Translations under genes and position numbers: made by a program
Notes under the pieces: model-generated
Seen by the model: only the letters and a program-made list of their open reading frames with translations
Database searches by the model: none
Told to the model about the DNA's origin: nothing
NCBI GenBank assembly: GCA_037916975.1
Contig: JBAIWX010000150.1
Coordinates: 3,643-67,642, forward strand
DNA length: 64,000 bases
Direction of reading: 5' to 3'
Source of the DNA: Gemmatimonadales bacterium
GTDB lineage: Bacteria > Gemmatimonadota > Gemmatimonadetes > Gemmatimonadales > GWC2-71-9
Shown: positions 11,975 through 23,475 of the stretch, piece by piece
Layout of the letters: each line of letters begins with the position of its first letter
How positions within the stretch are numbered: the first letter of the stretch is position 1

Positions 11975-14284
11975 TCAGGCTCCCGCGCGGTCCGCGAGCG
12001 CCTCGGCCATCCGCCGGGGGATCGCGTCGTGATAGATGCGGCGCAGGGTGTCCACCTGCCAGCCGTAGATCGTCTCGCCGAGGCGCACCTCGACGGGGCC
12101 CCGCCGGGGGCCGACCTGGCCCGCGACGAACGCGGGCACGCCGTGCTCGACCGCGAGCGCGAGCAGCGCCTCCCGGTTCGAGGCCAGGCAACTCGTGACC
12201 GCACGCGCGCCGTCCTCGCCGAAGAGCAGCGCCTCGACGGTGGCGGCGGGGGCGTAGCCGGTGAGGTCCACGCGGACGCCCAGCCCGCCCGGGGCGTACG
12301 GCCCGCCGATCGCCGACTCGGCGAGCGCCACGAGGAGGCCGCCCTCGCTGCAGTCGTGCGCGGAGCGCAGGAGCCGGGCGCGCGCCGCGGCGACCAGCAG
12401 CTGCTGGAGCCGCCGCTCGGCGTCGAGGTCCACCGGCGCCGGCCGGCCGCCGATGCACTTCCGCACCTCCGCCCAGTAGGCGGAGCCGCCCAGGTGCCCG
12501 CGGGTGGCGCCGAGGAGGACGATCTCGTCGCCGTGGTGCATGAAGTGGCTCGGCACCCGGTCCTGGACGTTGTCGAGCAGGCCCACCATCCCGATCGTCG
12601 GGGTGGGATAGACCGCCCCGGTGGGGCTCTCGTTGTAGAACGAGACGTTCCCGCCCGTGACCGGGGTCCCGAAGGCCTCGCACGCCTCCGCGATGCCGCG
12701 GCAGGCCTCGCGGAACTGGAAGAAGACCTCGGGCTTCTCGGGATTGCCGAAGTTCAGGTTGTCGGTGATCCCGAGCGGCCGGGCCCCGGTGCAGGCGAGG
12801 TTCCGCGCCGCCTCGGCGACCGCGGCCTTCCCGCCGACGTACGGGTCGAGGTATACGAGCCGCGCGTTGCAGTCCACGGTGACGGCGACGCCCATCGTCG
12901 TGCCCGGCACCTGGAAGACGCCGGCCTCGGAGCCCGGGCCCATCGCCGTCGCGGCCTGCACGGTGGAGTCGTACTGCTCGAACACCCACTTCTTGCTGGC
13001 GATGTTCGGGCTGTCGAGCAGGATCTCGAGTGCCCGGTGCACGTCGTGCGGCGCCGGCTCGGCGGGGACCAGCTCGCGCCGTGCGGCGGCGGCCTCGGCC
13101 TCCCGGGCCTCGGGGTGGTAGACCGGCGCGTCGTCCACGAGGCGCTGGCCCGGGATGGCGCAGACGAGGAGGCCGTCGTGCAGCACGCGGAAGAGCCCGT
13201 CGTCCGTCACGTGCCCGATCGGGGCCGCGATGAGCTCCCACTTCTCGCACACCGCGCGCACCTCGTCCACCCGGTGCGGCTCCGCGACGACGAGCATCCG
13301 TTCCTGCGACTCGCTGAGGAGGATCTCGTACGGGGTCATCCCCGGCTCGCGGACGGGCACCTTCGCGGTGTCGATCTCGACGCCCACGCCGCCGCGCGCC
13401 GCCATCTCGGCCGAGGAGCTCGTGAGGCCGGCGGCGCCCATGTCCTGGATCGCGACGATGTAGCCGCCGTGGATCAGCTCGAGGCTCGCCTCGAGGAGGA
13501 GCTTCTCGGTGAACGGGTCGCCGACCTGCACCTGGGGGCGCCGGGCCTCGCTCGCCTCGGAGAGCTCCTCGGAGGCGAAGCTCGCGCCGTGGATGCCGTC
13601 GCGCCCGGTGCGGGCCCCGACGGCGATCAGCACGTTGCCGACGCCGTGCGCCCGTGCGCGGATGAGCTGCTCCTCGCGCAGGAGGCCGACGCACATCGCG
13701 TTCACGAGGGGGTTCCCGCTGTAGCCGTCGGCGAAGCCCACCTCGCCGCCCAGCGTGGGGACGCCGACGCAGTTGCCGTAGTCGCCGATCCCCTTCACGA
13801 CGCCCGCGAAGAGCCAGCGGTTGCGGGGCTGGTCGAGCGGGCCGAACCGCAGGCTGTTGAGCACCGCGACGGGCCGCGCGCCCATGGTGAAGACGTCGCG
13901 CAGGATGCCGCCCACGCCGGTCGCGGCGCCCTGGTAGGGCTCGACGGCGGAGGGATGGTTGTGGGACTCGATCTTGAAGGCCACCGCCCAGCCGTCGCGG
14001 AGCGCCAGCACGCCGGCGTTCTCGCCGGGGCCCTGCAGCACGTGCGGGCCCGTGGTCGGGAAGGTGCGCAGCACCGGCTTGGAGTGCTTGTAGGAGCAGT
14101 GCTCCGACCAGAGCGCGGAGAAGACGCCGAGCTCGGTGAGGGTCGGCGCGCGGCCGAGCAGGTCGAGGATGCGGGCGTACTCGCCCTCGGTGAGGTTGTG
14201 CTCGCGCACCACCTCGGGCGTGACGGGCCGCTCGCCGGGGAAGGCGGAGGCGGCGGGGGCGCGCGGCGGGGCGGCCTGCGACAT
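11975..14284 (-). CDS. purL: Phosphoribosylformylglycinamidine synthase subunit PurL
   Basis: The start MSQAAPP... at 14284 shares 1 nt with the upstream stop. It carries [15 protein letters not shown] and the AIR-synthase-like repeats of small-type PurL. Confidence 0.9.
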   Translation of the reverse strand: MSQAAPPRAPAASAFPGERPVTPEVVREHNLTEGEYARILDLLGRAPTLTELGVFSALWSEHCSYKHSKPVLRTFPTTGPHVLQGPGENAGVLALRDGWAVAFKIESHNHPSAVEPYQGAATGVGGILRDVFTMGARPVAVLNSLRFGPLDQPRNRWLFAGVVKGIGDYGNCVGVPTLGGEVGFADGYSGNPLVNAMCVGLLREEQLIRARAHGVGNVLIAVGARTGRDGIHGASFASEELSEASEARRPQVQVGDPFTEKLLLEASLELIHGGYIVAIQDMGAAGLTSSSAEMAARGGVGVEIDTAKVPVREPGMTPYEILLSESQERMLVVAEPHRVDEVRAVCEKWELIAAPIGHVTDDGLFRVLHDGLLVCAIPGQRLVDDAPVYHPEAREAEAAAARRELVPAEPAPHDVHRALEILLDSPNIASKKWVFEQYDSTVQAATAMGPGSEAGVFQVPGTTMGVAVTVDCNARLVYLDPYVGGKAAVAEAARNLACTGARPLGITDNLNFGNPEKPEVFFQFREACRGIAEACEAFGTPVTGGNVSFYNESPTGAVYPTPTIGMVGLLDNVQDRVPSHFMHHGDEIVLLGATRGHLGGSAYWAEVRKCIGGRPAPVDLDAERRLQQLLVAAARARLLRSAHDCSEGGLLVALAESAIGGPYAPGGLGVRVDLTGYAPAATVEALLFGEDGARAVTSCLASNREALLALAVEHGVPAFVAGQVGPRRGPVEVRLGETIYGWQVDTLRRIYHDAIPRRMAEALADRAGA

Positions 14285-14609
14285 CACTTCGCCTTTCCGG
14301 CCCCGGCGGGGCCCGAGTTGGCCGGCGCGCGCCCGAGGCTGCCGCCCTCGAAGTGCCGGTTGGAGGAGCGCGCGATCCCGTCCACCACCTTGCCGTCGTG
14401 CAGGATCACCACGTCCTGGGTGCCGCACTTGGGCATGCAGTCGCTCCGGTAGATCAGGTACGTGTAGCCGCTGCGTTCGCGCGTGGCGAGCGGCTCGCCC
14501 CAGGCGGCCTTCACCTCGGCGAGCGACATCCCGGGCTTCACGGTCGGTTGCTGCGCCGCCGCCGGGCGGGCGGCGAGGAGCAGCGCAGCGAGGGGCAGCA
14601 GGCGGCGGA

Positions 14610-14613
<4 letters not shown>
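14284..14613 (-). CDS. Small secreted protein with BamE/SmpA_OmlA-like motif
   Basis: 109 aa. The signal peptide [22 protein letters not shown] has no lipobox Cys. [18 protein letters not shown]...[11 protein letters not shown] resembles the BamE/SmpA_OmlA core. Both ends overlap pur genes (ATGA with the purQ stop, TGATG with the purL start). Confidence 0.6.
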
Positions 14614-15310
<697 letters not shown>

Positions 15311-15311
<1 letters not shown>

Positions 15312-15562
15312 CAGGCCTCCTCGACCTCGACCAGGTAGTCCTCGGTGACCGGGTTCGCGAGGAGCCGGTCGCACATCTTCCGGGCCCGCGCCTCCGCCTC
15401 GTCGCGCGAGCCGGCGGCGACGGTGAGCTCGATCGCGCGGCCGACGCGCACGCCGGACGCCTCCGCGAACCCCAGCACGCCGAGGGCGTGCTCGACCGCC
15501 TGGCCCTGCGGGTCGAGGATGCCCGCGCGGGGCACCACGCGGACGTGGACGCGATAGCTCAT
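15311..15562 (-). CDS. purS: Phosphoribosylformylglycinamidine synthase subunit PurS
   Basis: 83 aa, MSYRVHVRVVPRAGILDPQGQAVEHAL... The ATG overlaps the pssA stop (ATGA). Confidence 0.85.
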
Positions 15563-16407
15563 TCGGACGGCTCCTGGCGCCGGTCGCGGCGCTCGCGGTG
15601 GAGGGGGGTCACCTCGGGCGCGCCGGGGCCGCCCGCGTCGGGCGCCTCGCGGCGCTCGACGAGGCCGAGGATGGTGGCGCGCACGAGGCCGAAGGCCATG
15701 TAGGCGAGGCCCAGCGGGAAGAGCACGGCGTCGGGGCGCCACAGCAGCGCGCCCACCATCGCGAGCACCAGCAGCGTCCCCGCCGCCTGCCGCGCCGAGC
15801 GCACGCCGAAGCCCGGCATCTTGGGGTAGGGCACGGTGCTCACCATCAGCACCCCCAGCAGCAGGATCAGGACGACGAGCCCCTGATGCTGCAGGTCGAG
15901 GTACGCGAGCGACGCCTGGTACCAGGGGGTCTGGCTGAACGGATAGTACGCCGCGAGCGTCATCCCCGCGGCGGGGGAGGGCATCCCGGTGAACCAGCTC
16001 GACGGCTTGCCGGCCGAGACGACGTTGTAGCGCGCGAGGCGCACGGCCACGGCGACCACGTAGATGAAGCAGAGGATCCACGCGAAGCGGCCGGCCGTCG
16101 AGAACTCGAGGAAGAACATGATCAGCGCCGGCGCCATGCCGAAGGAGATCACGTCGATGAGCGAGTCGAGCTCCTCGCCGAAGCGGGTCGTCGTGCGGGT
16201 GCGCCGCGCCACCCGGCCGTCGAGCATGTCGAGGACGCCCGCGAAGACGACGAACCACCCGGCCCAGCGGAAGTTGCCGTTGTAGGCCGAGACGATCGCC
16301 CAGAAGCCGAAGAACAGGTTGCCGAGGGTGAAGGCGCTCGGCAGCACGACCACGACCCGCCGCATGTCGGGCGGGCGCAGGGGACCCACGCGGCGCCTCA
16401 GTTCCAT
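15559..16407 (-). CDS. pssA: CDP-diacylglycerol--serine O-phosphatidyltransferase
   Basis: CDP-alcohol phosphatidyltransferase motif DMLDGRVARRTRTTTRFGEELDSLIDVISFG, and a multi-TM protein. The start is ATG 16407 (10-nt overlap with psd) or ATG 16365. Confidence 0.85.
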   Translation of the reverse strand: MELRRRVGPLRPPDMRRVVVVLPSAFTLGNLFFGFWAIVSAYNGNFRWAGWFVVFAGVLDMLDGRVARRTRTTTRFGEELDSLIDVISFGMAPALIMFFLEFSTAGRFAWILCFIYVVAVAVRLARYNVVSAGKPSSWFTGMPSPAAGMTLAAYYPFSQTPWYQASLAYLDLQHQGLVVLILLLGVLMVSTVPYPKMPGFGVRSARQAAGTLLVLAMVGALLWRPDAVLFPLGLAYMAFGLVRATILGLVERREAPDAGGPGAPEVTPLHRERRDRRQEPSE

Positions 16408-17030
16408 CGTGCCACCACCGTGGTGCCGGCCACGGTCCGGTCGCCGGTGCGGACGGTGGCCGTCGCGTCCGTCGGGAGGAAGAGGTCCACGCGCGAGCCG
16501 AAGCGGATGAGGCCGAGCCGGTCGCCCTGCGCCACGGCGGTGCCGACCGCGTGGTCGGTCACGATGCGGCGCGCCACGAGCCCGGCGATCTGGCGCACGA
16601 GCACCCGGCCGTGGGCGGTCTCGAGCCCGAGCGAGCTCTGCTCGTTCTCGAGGCTCGCCTTCTCGTCGGCGGCGTTGAGGAACTTCCCGGGGTTGTAGTG
16701 CCGGTACGCGACGCGGCCCGCGAGCGGGTAGCGGTTCACGTGGCAGTCGAAGACGTTCATGAAGATGCAGATGCGGAGCGCGCGCCCGCCGATGAAGGCC
16801 GGCTCCTCCACCTCGCGCACGTCCACCACCTTGCCGTCGGCGGGCGCGATCGCGAGGTCGGGGCCGCGCTCGCCGGTGCGCGGCGGGTCGCGGAAGAAGG
16901 CGACCACCCAGACCGCGATCGGGAGCCACAGCAGCGCCGCGGGGACGAGCCCGGTGAACCAGAGCGCCGCGGCGATGACCCACGCGCCGATGATGAACGG
17001 GCGCCCCTCGGGCGCGGTGCGGAACGTCAT
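16398..17030 (-). CDS. psd: Phosphatidylserine decarboxylase (short form)
   Basis: 210 aa with two N-terminal TM helices, [13 protein letters not shown] and a self-processing-type site [11 protein letters not shown]. The ATG overlaps the purC stop (ATGA). Confidence 0.85.
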   Translation of the reverse strand: MTFRTAPEGRPFIIGAWVIAAALWFTGLVPAALLWLPIAVWVVAFFRDPPRTGERGPDLAIAPADGKVVDVREVEEPAFIGGRALRICIFMNVFDCHVNRYPLAGRVAYRHYNPGKFLNAADEKASLENEQSSLGLETAHGRVLVRQIAGLVARRIVTDHAVGTAVAQGDRLGLIRFGSRVDLFLPTDATATVRTGDRTVAGTTVVARWN

Positions 17031-17950
17031 GCGCCGGCCTCCTCGAGCCGGTGGCCGGTGAGGAGGTGGTACGCCTCGAGGTACCGCGCCGTGGTCGCGG
17101 CCACCACCTCGGCCGGGAGCGGGGGCGGCGGCGCCTCGCCGTTCCACTTCCCGTCCCGCCGGAGGCCGGCGAGGTAGTCGCGGAGCGGCTGCTTGTCGAA
17201 ACTCGGCTGGCCGCGGCCGGCCTGGTAGCGGTCGGCCGGCCAGAAGCGCGAGGAGTCGGGCGTGAGCACCTCGTCGATGAGCAGGAGCGACCCGTCGGGG
17301 AGCCGGCCGAACTCGAACTTGGTGTCGGCGATGATGATCCCGCGCCCCGCCGCCCAGTCGCGCCCGGCGCGGTAGACGGCGAAGCTGAGGTCGCGCAGGC
17401 GCCCGGCGAGCGCCGCGCCCAGTGCCGAGGCGACCTCGCCGAACGGCACGTTCACGTCGTGGCCCGACTCCGCCTTGGTGGCCGGCGAGAAGAGCGGCGG
17501 CTCGAGGCGGGCGCTCTCGACCAGCCCGGCGGGGAGCCGCTCGCCCGCGAGCGTGCCGTGCGCGTGGTACTCCTGCCACGCCGAGCCGCTCAGGTAGCCG
17601 CGCACCACGCACTCGAACGGCACCGGCTCGGTCCGCCGCACGAGCATCGCGCGGCCGAGGAGCGATTCCCGGTGGGGCCCGAGGGCCGGCACCTGCCCGA
17701 CGATCTCGTCCGTGTCGGCGGTGAGGAAGTGCGACGGCGCCACCCCGGCGAGCGTCCGGAACCAGAAGGCGGAGAGCTGGGTGAGGACGGCGCCCTTCCA
17801 TGGCACCGCCTCGCGCATCACCACGTCGAAGGCGCTCACGCGGTCGCTCGCCACGAGCAGCAGCGTGTCGGGCCCGGCCGCGTAGACCTCGCGGACCTTG
17901 CCGCGCCGCACGAGCGGGAGGGGCAGGGCGCTCTCGAGCAGGACGGTCAT
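17027..17950 (-). CDS. purC: Phosphoribosylaminoimidazole-succinocarboxamide synthase
   Basis: MTVLLES...[18 protein letters not shown] and [11 protein letters not shown]. The ATG overlaps the purB stop (ATGA). Confidence 0.9.
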   Translation of the reverse strand: MTVLLESALPLPLVRRGKVREVYAAGPDTLLLVASDRVSAFDVVMREAVPWKGAVLTQLSAFWFRTLAGVAPSHFLTADTDEIVGQVPALGPHRESLLGRAMLVRRTEPVPFECVVRGYLSGSAWQEYHAHGTLAGERLPAGLVESARLEPPLFSPATKAESGHDVNVPFGEVASALGAALAGRLRDLSFAVYRAGRDWAAGRGIIIADTKFEFGRLPDGSLLLIDEVLTPDSSRFWPADRYQAGRGQPSFDKQPLRDYLAGLRRDGKWNGEAPPPPLPAEVVAATTARYLEAYHLLTGHRLEEAGA

Positions 17951-19386
17951 ACGCGGACCTCCGCCGAGCCGGGCTCGGCCGCGAGCGGGCGGGCCCGCGC
18001 GAGCAGGGGGTGCAGGTACTCCGCGAGGAACTCGCCCACCTGCCGCTCCGCCCGGCCGGTGTAGCGGGCGGGCGCGAGCTCCGCCTGGAGCGCGGCGGCC
18101 GGCACGCCCGCGAAGGCGGGGTCGGCCCCGAGTCGCTCGAGCAGGTCGTTGGCGGCGCCGCGGCTCGTCGCCTCGGCGACGGCGAGGCTGTGCACGCGGA
18201 TCACCTCGTGCAGCGCCTGCCGGTCGCCGCCGGCCGCGACGCCCAGCATCAGCCAGCGCTCGGTGGCCATGAACGGCATCTGCGCCGCCACGTGGCGCGC
18301 CACGACTTCCTCGCGCACCTCGAGCCCCGCCGCCACGTTGGTCGCCAGCACGAGCACCGCGTCCACGCCGAGGAAGGCCTCGGCGAGCGCGAGGCGGCGG
18401 TTGGCGCTGTCGTCGAGCGTGCGCTCGAGCCACTGGGTGGCGGCGGTGTGGGCCCCGTTCGCCTGGAGGCTGATCACGAAGCGCGCGAGGGAGCAGATCC
18501 GCTCGGCGCGCATCGGGTTCCGCTTGTAGGCCATGGCGCTCGAGCCGATCTGCTCGCTCTCGAAGGGCTCGAGCAGCTCGCCCTCGTGCTGCAGGAGCCG
18601 GAGGTCGGTCGCCATCTTGGCCGCCGACTGCGCGACGCCGCTCAGGAGGTCGAGCACCTGTGCGTCCACCTTGCGGGGGTAGGTCTGGCCCGAGACGGCG
18701 ACGGTCTCGCGGAAGCCCATCTTCGCCGCGACGAGGCGGTCGAGCTCGCGCACGCGCCGGTCGTCGCCGCCGAAGAGCTCGAGGAAGCTCGCCTGCGTGC
18801 CGGTGGTGCCCTTGCAGCCGTGGAAGCGGAGCGCCTCGAGGGCGTGGCAGAGCGCCTCCACGTCGAGCGCGAAGTCCTGCATCCAGAGCGTGGCGCGCTT
18901 GCCCACGGTGGTGAGCTGCGCCGGCTGGAAGTGCGTGTAGGCGAGGCAGGGGAGCGCCGCCCAGCGCGCCGCGAAGCCCTCCAGGGCGCGCAGCACCGCC
19001 AGCACACGCCCGAGCACGAGGCGCAGGCCGTCCCGGATCACGAGGAGGTCGGCGTTGTCGGTGACGAACGCGCTCGTGGCACCCAGGTGGACCACGGCGC
19101 GCGCCGCGGGGGCCTGGTCGCCGAAGTGGTGCACGTGCGCCATCACGTCGTGCCGGAAGCGCCGCTCGTAGCGGGCGGCGGCCTCGAGGTCGGCGTCGTC
19201 GAGGTGGGCGCGCATCGCCGCGAGCGCCTCCGCCGGCAGGTCGAGGCCGAGCTCGGCCTGGGCCTCCGCCAGCGCGAGCCAGAGGCGGCGCCAGAGGCCG
19301 ACGCGGTGCCGCTCGCCCCACAGCGCCTGCATGGCGGGGGAGGCGTAGCGCGTGCCGAGCGGGGAGCGGTAGCGGTCGTCGGTCAT
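17947..19386 (-). CDS. purB: Adenylosuccinate lyase
   Basis: [23 protein letters not shown]... and the fumarate-lyase signature [11 protein letters not shown]. The start shares 1 nt with the htrA stop. Confidence 0.9.
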   Translation of the reverse strand: MTDDRYRSPLGTRYASPAMQALWGERHRVGLWRRLWLALAEAQAELGLDLPAEALAAMRAHLDDADLEAAARYERRFRHDVMAHVHHFGDQAPAARAVVHLGATSAFVTDNADLLVIRDGLRLVLGRVLAVLRALEGFAARWAALPCLAYTHFQPAQLTTVGKRATLWMQDFALDVEALCHALEALRFHGCKGTTGTQASFLELFGGDDRRVRELDRLVAAKMGFRETVAVSGQTYPRKVDAQVLDLLSGVAQSAAKMATDLRLLQHEGELLEPFESEQIGSSAMAYKRNPMRAERICSLARFVISLQANGAHTAATQWLERTLDDSANRRLALAEAFLGVDAVLVLATNVAAGLEVREEVVARHVAAQMPFMATERWLMLGVAAGGDRQALHEVIRVHSLAVAEATSRGAANDLLERLGADPAFAGVPAAALQAELAPARYTGRAERQVGEFLAEYLHPLLARARPLAAEPGSAEVRV

Positions 19387-20771
19387 CAGAAGTAGAGGTC
19401 GGTGTAGAGGATGCGCCGCTGCCGCTCGAAGTAGAGGCGGAACCCGCGCGTGCGGCCGAGGCGCTCGATCGCCTCCCGCACCTCGGCGGCGGACTCGACG
19501 CGCGCGTTGTTGATGGCGAGGATCACGTCGCCGTCGCGGAGCCCGGTGGACTGCTGCACCTCGTCGCTCGCGCGGAAGATGAGCGCCCCGCGGTCGGTCG
19601 CGAGCTGGCGCTCCTCGCGGATCGCCTGGGTCACCGTCACGAGCTGGAGGTCGCGGAAGAGCGTCACCTTCTGCGCCGCCACGCTCGGCAGGTCCCGCAC
19701 GGTGAGCCGGCGCGCCAGCGGGGCGCCGGCCCGCTGGACGGTCACGCCGACGGTGTCGCCCACCGCGAGGTCGAGCTTCACCGCTTCCCAGTCGAGCCAC
19801 GTCGCGAGCCGCCGCCCGTTCGCCGCCACGAGGCGGTCGCCCACCCGGAGGCCCGCCGCGTCGGCGGGGCCGCCCGGCGTCACCGAGCCGACCCGGAGCC
19901 CGCCGTCGGCCCGGGCGCCGGTGCGGCCGGTCACCTCGAGCCCGGTCCACGCGCGGTGCATCTCGCCCCGGCGCACGATCTCGTCGGCCACCTTGAGCGC
20001 GCGCTCGATCGGGATCGAGAACCCGATGCCGACCGACCCCCCGCTGCTCGAGAAGATGGAGGAGTTGACGCCGATGACCTCGCCGAGCGCGTTGGCGAGC
20101 GGCCCGCCCGAGTTGCCCGGGTTGATCGCCGCGTCGGTCTGGACCATGTCGAGGTAGAGGCCCGGCTGGTCCCCGGTGGGGAGGATGTGCCGGTGCAGGC
20201 CGCTCACCACGCCCACCGTCACTGTCGGCTCCGCGTTGCCGAGGAGGTAGCGGTACGGGTTGCCGAGCGCCACGACCCACTCGCCCACCATCAGGTCGCT
20301 CGTGCGGCCGAGCGGCGCGGCGGTGAGGTCCGACCGGTCCACCTTGAGCACCGCGATGTCGGTCGTGGCGTCCTCGCCCACGAGCGTGGCGGGCAGGTCG
20401 GTCCCGTCGGGCAGCGTCACGACGATCCGGTCCGCCGCGTCCACCACGTGCTGGTTGGTGAGGATGATCCCGTCGCGCCGGACCACGAAGCCGGTGCCGA
20501 AGCTCTGGAACTGCCCGTCGTCCTGCGGCGGGCCCATGAAGAAGTCGAAGGGCGAGCGCTGCTCGACCTGGCGGTGGCCCTGCACGCTCACCGAGACGAC
20601 CGACGGCCCGAGCCGGGCGGCGGCCTGCACCAGCGCCGTCCGGCGGGAGGCGTCCACCTCGCGGGTGACGGCCTGCCGCGCCTGGAGCGCGCCGAACGTG
20701 GCCAGGGTGGGCGCGTCGCCCCCGCGGCAGGCGGCGGCGAGCAGGGCGGCGAGCGCGGCCGCGCGCCTCAT
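19386..20771 (-). CDS. htrA: HtrA/DegP-family serine protease with two PDZ-like regions (putative lipoprotein)
   Basis: Lipobox-like signal [15 protein letters not shown]. Triad contexts are [14 protein letters not shown] and [10 protein letters not shown]-terminal PDZ segments are present. The ATG overlaps the truA stop (ATGA). Confidence 0.85.
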   Translation of the reverse strand: MRRAAALAALLAAACRGGDAPTLATFGALQARQAVTREVDASRRTALVQAAARLGPSVVSVSVQGHRQVEQRSPFDFFMGPPQDDGQFQSFGTGFVVRRDGIILTNQHVVDAADRIVVTLPDGTDLPATLVGEDATTDIAVLKVDRSDLTAAPLGRTSDLMVGEWVVALGNPYRYLLGNAEPTVTVGVVSGLHRHILPTGDQPGLYLDMVQTDAAINPGNSGGPLANALGEVIGVNSSIFSSSGGSVGIGFSIPIERALKVADEIVRRGEMHRAWTGLEVTGRTGARADGGLRVGSVTPGGPADAAGLRVGDRLVAANGRRLATWLDWEAVKLDLAVGDTVGVTVQRAGAPLARRLTVRDLPSVAAQKVTLFRDLQLVTVTQAIREERQLATDRGALIFRASDEVQQSTGLRDGDVILAINNARVESAAEVREAIERLGRTRGFRLYFERQRRILYTDLYF

Positions 20772-21559
20772 GCCCCGGCCTCCGCCAGCGGCGCCCCGGC
20801 GTAGCACTCGGCGGGGTAGGTGGCAGCGACGAAGTAGAGCCCCTGCGGCGGCGCCGGCGGGCTCGTCGCCTGGTTGTCGCGCGCGGCGAGCAGCGTCGCC
20901 ATGTCCGCGAGCGGCCGGCGGCCGAGGCCGATGTCCACCATCGTGCCGACGAGCATGCGCACCATGTGCTGCAGGAAGCGGTCGGCCTCGACGTGGAAGC
21001 TCCAGCCGGTGCCGCCGGGGCGGGGCTCCCAGCGCGCCTCGTGCAGCGTGCACTCGTAGTGGGGCTTGGGCTCCCCGCGCGCCGCGAAGGCGCTGAAGTC
21101 GTGCCGGCCGGCGACCACGGCCGCGGCCGCCGCGAGCCGCCCCCCGTCCAGCGCGCGGCCGAGGGGCCACTCGAAGCGCCGGCGGAACGGCGAGAGCGCG
21201 GCGTCGTCGCAGCCCACGTCGTAGCGATAGCGGCGGGAGTCGGCGTGCTTGCGCGCGTGGAAGCCGGGGCGCATCTCGTGCACGCCGGTGACCCAGCAGT
21301 CGCGGGGAAGGAGGGCGTTCATGGCACGGCGGAGCGTGGGTGGCGTCCAGGTCGCGGGCATCGGGAAACTCACCGCCAGGCCGAGGGCGTGTACGCCCGC
21401 ATCGGTCCGGCCGGCCGCGTGAGCGGCGACCCGCCGGCCGGTCAGGCGCTCCAGCACGCGCTCGACCTCGCCCTGCACCGTGCGGCCGGAGGCCTGCCGC
21501 TGCCACCCCAGGAAGTCCGTCCCGTCGAACTGGAGCAGCGCGAGAAAGGCCCGGCTCAT
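20768..21559 (-). CDS. truA: tRNA pseudouridine(38-40) synthase
   Basis: MSRAFLALLQFDGTDFLGWQRQ and the catalytic Asp context AAGRTDAGVHA. It is the first gene of the minus-strand run. Confidence 0.9.
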   Translation of the reverse strand: MSRAFLALLQFDGTDFLGWQRQASGRTVQGEVERVLERLTGRRVAAHAAGRTDAGVHALGLAVSFPMPATWTPPTLRRAMNALLPRDCWVTGVHEMRPGFHARKHADSRRYRYDVGCDDAALSPFRRRFEWPLGRALDGGRLAAAAAVVAGRHDFSAFAARGEPKPHYECTLHEARWEPRPGGTGWSFHVEADRFLQHMVRMLVGTMVDIGLGRRPLADMATLLAARDNQATSPPAPPQGLYFVAATYPAECYAGAPLAEAGA

Positions 21560-21620
21560 CGTGGCCGCAAATCTAGCCGGGCCGGCGGCCCCCGGCAAGC
21601 ATCGCAACTCTTTGTCGTGA

Positions 21621-21650
21621 TTGACAAAACGCCGCTTCGCCGGGTAGCCT
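21621..21650 (+). promoter_or_regulatory. Candidate sigma70-type promoter for trpD (TTGACA-N18-TAGCCT)
   Basis: A perfect TTGACA at 21621-21626 lies in the 108-bp truA/trpD divergent spacer and is embedded in the small inverted repeat TTGTC-gtgat-TGACAA. The -10 box is weak. Confidence 0.35.
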
Positions 21651-21667
21651 TTCCCGGCCTCCGCCGA

Positions 21668-22723
21668 ATGGTGCAAGCACCCCCCGTGACCACCCTCGCC
21701 GACCCGCTCCGGCGCGCCCTGCAGCGCCTGGCCGAGCGCCGTGACCTCGACGCCGAGCTCGCCGCGGAGGCGTTCGGCGTCGTGATGCGGGGCGAGGCGA
21801 CGACCGCCCAGGTCGCCGCACTCCTCATGGGGCTCCGCGTGAAGGGGGAGACCGCGGCGGAGGTGGCCGGTGCCGTGCGCGCGCTCCGCGCCGCGATGGT
21901 GCGCCTCGACGTGGCGGACCGCTCGCGCCTCGTGGACACCTGCGGCACGGGTGGTGGCGCCGTCGGGACCCTCAACATCTCGACCGGCGCCGCGTTCATC
22001 GCCGCCGGCGCGGGCGTGCCGGTCGCGAAGCACGGCAACCGGAGCTTCACGTCGCGCTCGGGCTCCGCCGACGTGATCGAGGCGCTGGGCGTCCGGCTCG
22101 CGCTCCAGCCCGCACGCGCCGCCGAGGTGCTGGCCCGGGCCGGGATCGTGTTCCTCTTCGCGCCCGACTACCACCCCGCGATGCGCCACGCGGGGCCGGC
22201 ACGCCGCGAGCTGGGCCTCGGCACGATCATGAACCTCGTCGGGCCGCTCGCGAACCCGGCCGGCGTCGAACGGCAGGTGGTGGGGGTGGCGGATCCGGGG
22301 CGCGCCGCGCTCATGGCGCACGCGCTGGCGGCGCTCGGCTCCCGGCACGCGCTCGTGGTCCACGCGCAGGTCGGCATGGACGAGATCAGCCCCGTGGGCG
22401 CGACCGACGTGCTCGAGGTGCTCGACGGGGCCGTGCGCGCCTGGACGATCGACCCGCGGGAGCACGGGCTCGCGATGGACTCCGTGGCCGACCTGGCGGG
22501 GGGGGGCCCGGAGGAGAATGCGCGGCGGCTGGAGCGGCTGTTGGCGGGCGAGGAACGGGGGGCCGCGCGGAACGCGCTCCTCCTCAATGCCGCCGCGGCG
22601 CTCTTCGTGGCGGGGGAGGGGTACACCTTCGGCGAGGCGCTCGAGCGGGCGATGCACGCGCTGGCCGGCGGCGCGGCGCTGGCCGCGCTCGAGCGGTTGC
22701 GGGCCGAGAGCGGCGCCGCCTAG
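21668..22723 (+). CDS. trpD: Anthranilate phosphoribosyltransferase
   Basis: CGTGGGAVGTLNISTGAAFIAAGAGVPVAKHGNRSFTSRSGSADV. The start ATG 21668 is taken within the longer track ORF. Confidence 0.9.
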   Translation: MVQAPPVTTLADPLRRALQRLAERRDLDAELAAEAFGVVMRGEATTAQVAALLMGLRVKGETAAEVAGAVRALRAAMVRLDVADRSRLVDTCGTGGGAVGTLNISTGAAFIAAGAGVPVAKHGNRSFTSRSGSADVIEALGVRLALQPARAAEVLARAGIVFLFAPDYHPAMRHAGPARRELGLGTIMNLVGPLANPAGVERQVVGVADPGRAALMAHALAALGSRHALVVHAQVGMDEISPVGATDVLEVLDGAVRAWTIDPREHGLAMDSVADLAGGGPEENARRLERLLAGEERGAARNALLLNAAAALFVAGEGYTFGEALERAMHALAGGAALAALERLRAESGAA

Positions 22724-22733
22724 ACGCGCGCGT

Positions 22734-22763
22734 GGGGGGAGTGGGGAGCGCCCCCCTCCCCCC
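22734..22763. terminator. GC hairpin between convergent trpD and lexA
   Basis: GGGGGGAGTGGGG-AGCG-CCCCCCTCCCCCC forms a 13-bp stem with 1 mismatch and no U-tract. A second 7-bp hairpin lies at 22777-22794. Confidence 0.4.
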
Positions 22764-22793
22764 TCGCGCGGGTCCGGCCGCCCCGGAGGGCGG

Positions 22794-23402
22794 TCAGTAC
22801 TTGCGGATGACGCCGACGACGACGCCCTGGATGAGCACGTCGCGTTCCTGGTAGCGGAGCGGCTGCATGGTGGTGTTCGCGGGCTGGAGGCGGATCCACC
22901 CGCCCGGCTCGCGATAGAACTTCTTGACCGTGGCCTCGGCGCCGTTGACGAGCGCGATCACCATCTCGCCGTTCTCCGCCTCCTGGCGCCCGTGCACCAC
23001 GACGTAGTCGCCGTCGCAGATGTGCTCCTCGATCATGGAGTGCCCGGACACCCGGAGCGCGAAGTTGGGCCCCCGCCGGGGCAGCATGCCATCCGGGACC
23101 GCGATCGTCTCGTCGTGCATGAGCGACTCGATGGGAAGCCCGGCCGCGACGCGCCCGAGCAGGGGCACCTCGGTGGCCTTCGCGGTGCCCCGCGGCGGCA
23201 GCACCTCGATGGACCGGCTTTCGTTGTATGAGCGGCGGATGTAGCCCTTCCGCTCGAGGTTCGTGAGGTGCTCGTGCACGGTGGCGAGCGACTGGAAGCC
23301 GAACCGTTCCGCGATTTCCTCGAAGCTCGGCGCGTACCCCTGCGCCTCGATGTGGTCGCGGAGGTAGTCGAGGATCTCGCTCTGGCGCTTGGTGAGGGGC
23401 AT
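22794..23402 (-). CDS. lexA: LexA repressor
   Basis: 202 aa. It has a wHTH N-terminus (FEEIAERFGFQSLATVHEHLTNLERKGYI), the cleavage site RVAAGLP (Ala-Gly), the Ser nucleophile RVSGHSM and the Lys in ATVKKF. Confidence 0.9.
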   Translation of the reverse strand: MPLTKRQSEILDYLRDHIEAQGYAPSFEEIAERFGFQSLATVHEHLTNLERKGYIRRSYNESRSIEVLPPRGTAKATEVPLLGRVAAGLPIESLMHDETIAVPDGMLPRRGPNFALRVSGHSMIEEHICDGDYVVVHGRQEAENGEMVIALVNGAEATVKKFYREPGGWIRLQPANTTMQPLRYQERDVLIQGVVVGVIRKY

Positions 23403-23427
23403 GGGGCCCTCCCGCAGGGGTACCTGA

Positions 23428-23468
23428 CCGAATAGACTCCGAATTACGATACCCGAAGACGCCCCGAA
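23428..23468 (-). promoter_or_regulatory. Four TTCGG direct repeats (two TTCGG-N6-TTCGG pairs): candidate LexA operator overlapping a candidate lexA promoter
   Basis: Plus-strand CCGAA occurs at 23428, 23439, 23453 and 23464 (spacings 11, 14 and 11 nt) within the 73-bp lexA/trpC spacer. On the lexA strand a TTGTCG-N17-TATCGT promoter candidate spans the first pair. The format recalls the direct-repeat GTTC-N7-GTTC LexA boxes of Alphaproteobacteria. Confidence 0.3.
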
Positions 23469-23475
23469 CGACAAG

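Noticed and set aside
10607-14452. A 1281-aa plus-strand ORF antisense to purF and purL. Similar giants occur at 3893-6745 (+), 7914-10670 (+), 29728-33408 (-), 38060-40555 (-), 42115-44913 (-), 45173-48835 (-) and 58687-61545 (-).
   Set aside because: All lie antisense to genes with unmistakable conserved motifs. They have a low-complexity composition dominated by R, G, A, P, D, H and E, have no recognisable domain, and show the mirror codon bias typical of high-GC antisense frames.
23403-23475. Canonical palindromic LexA boxes (CTGT-N8-ACAG, GAAC-N4-GTTC, cyanobacterial RGTAC-N3-DGTWCB) upstream of lexA.
   Set aside because: None is present. GGTACC occurs but has no matching half-site. Only the TTCGG direct repeats stand out; they are reported as a low-confidence candidate.
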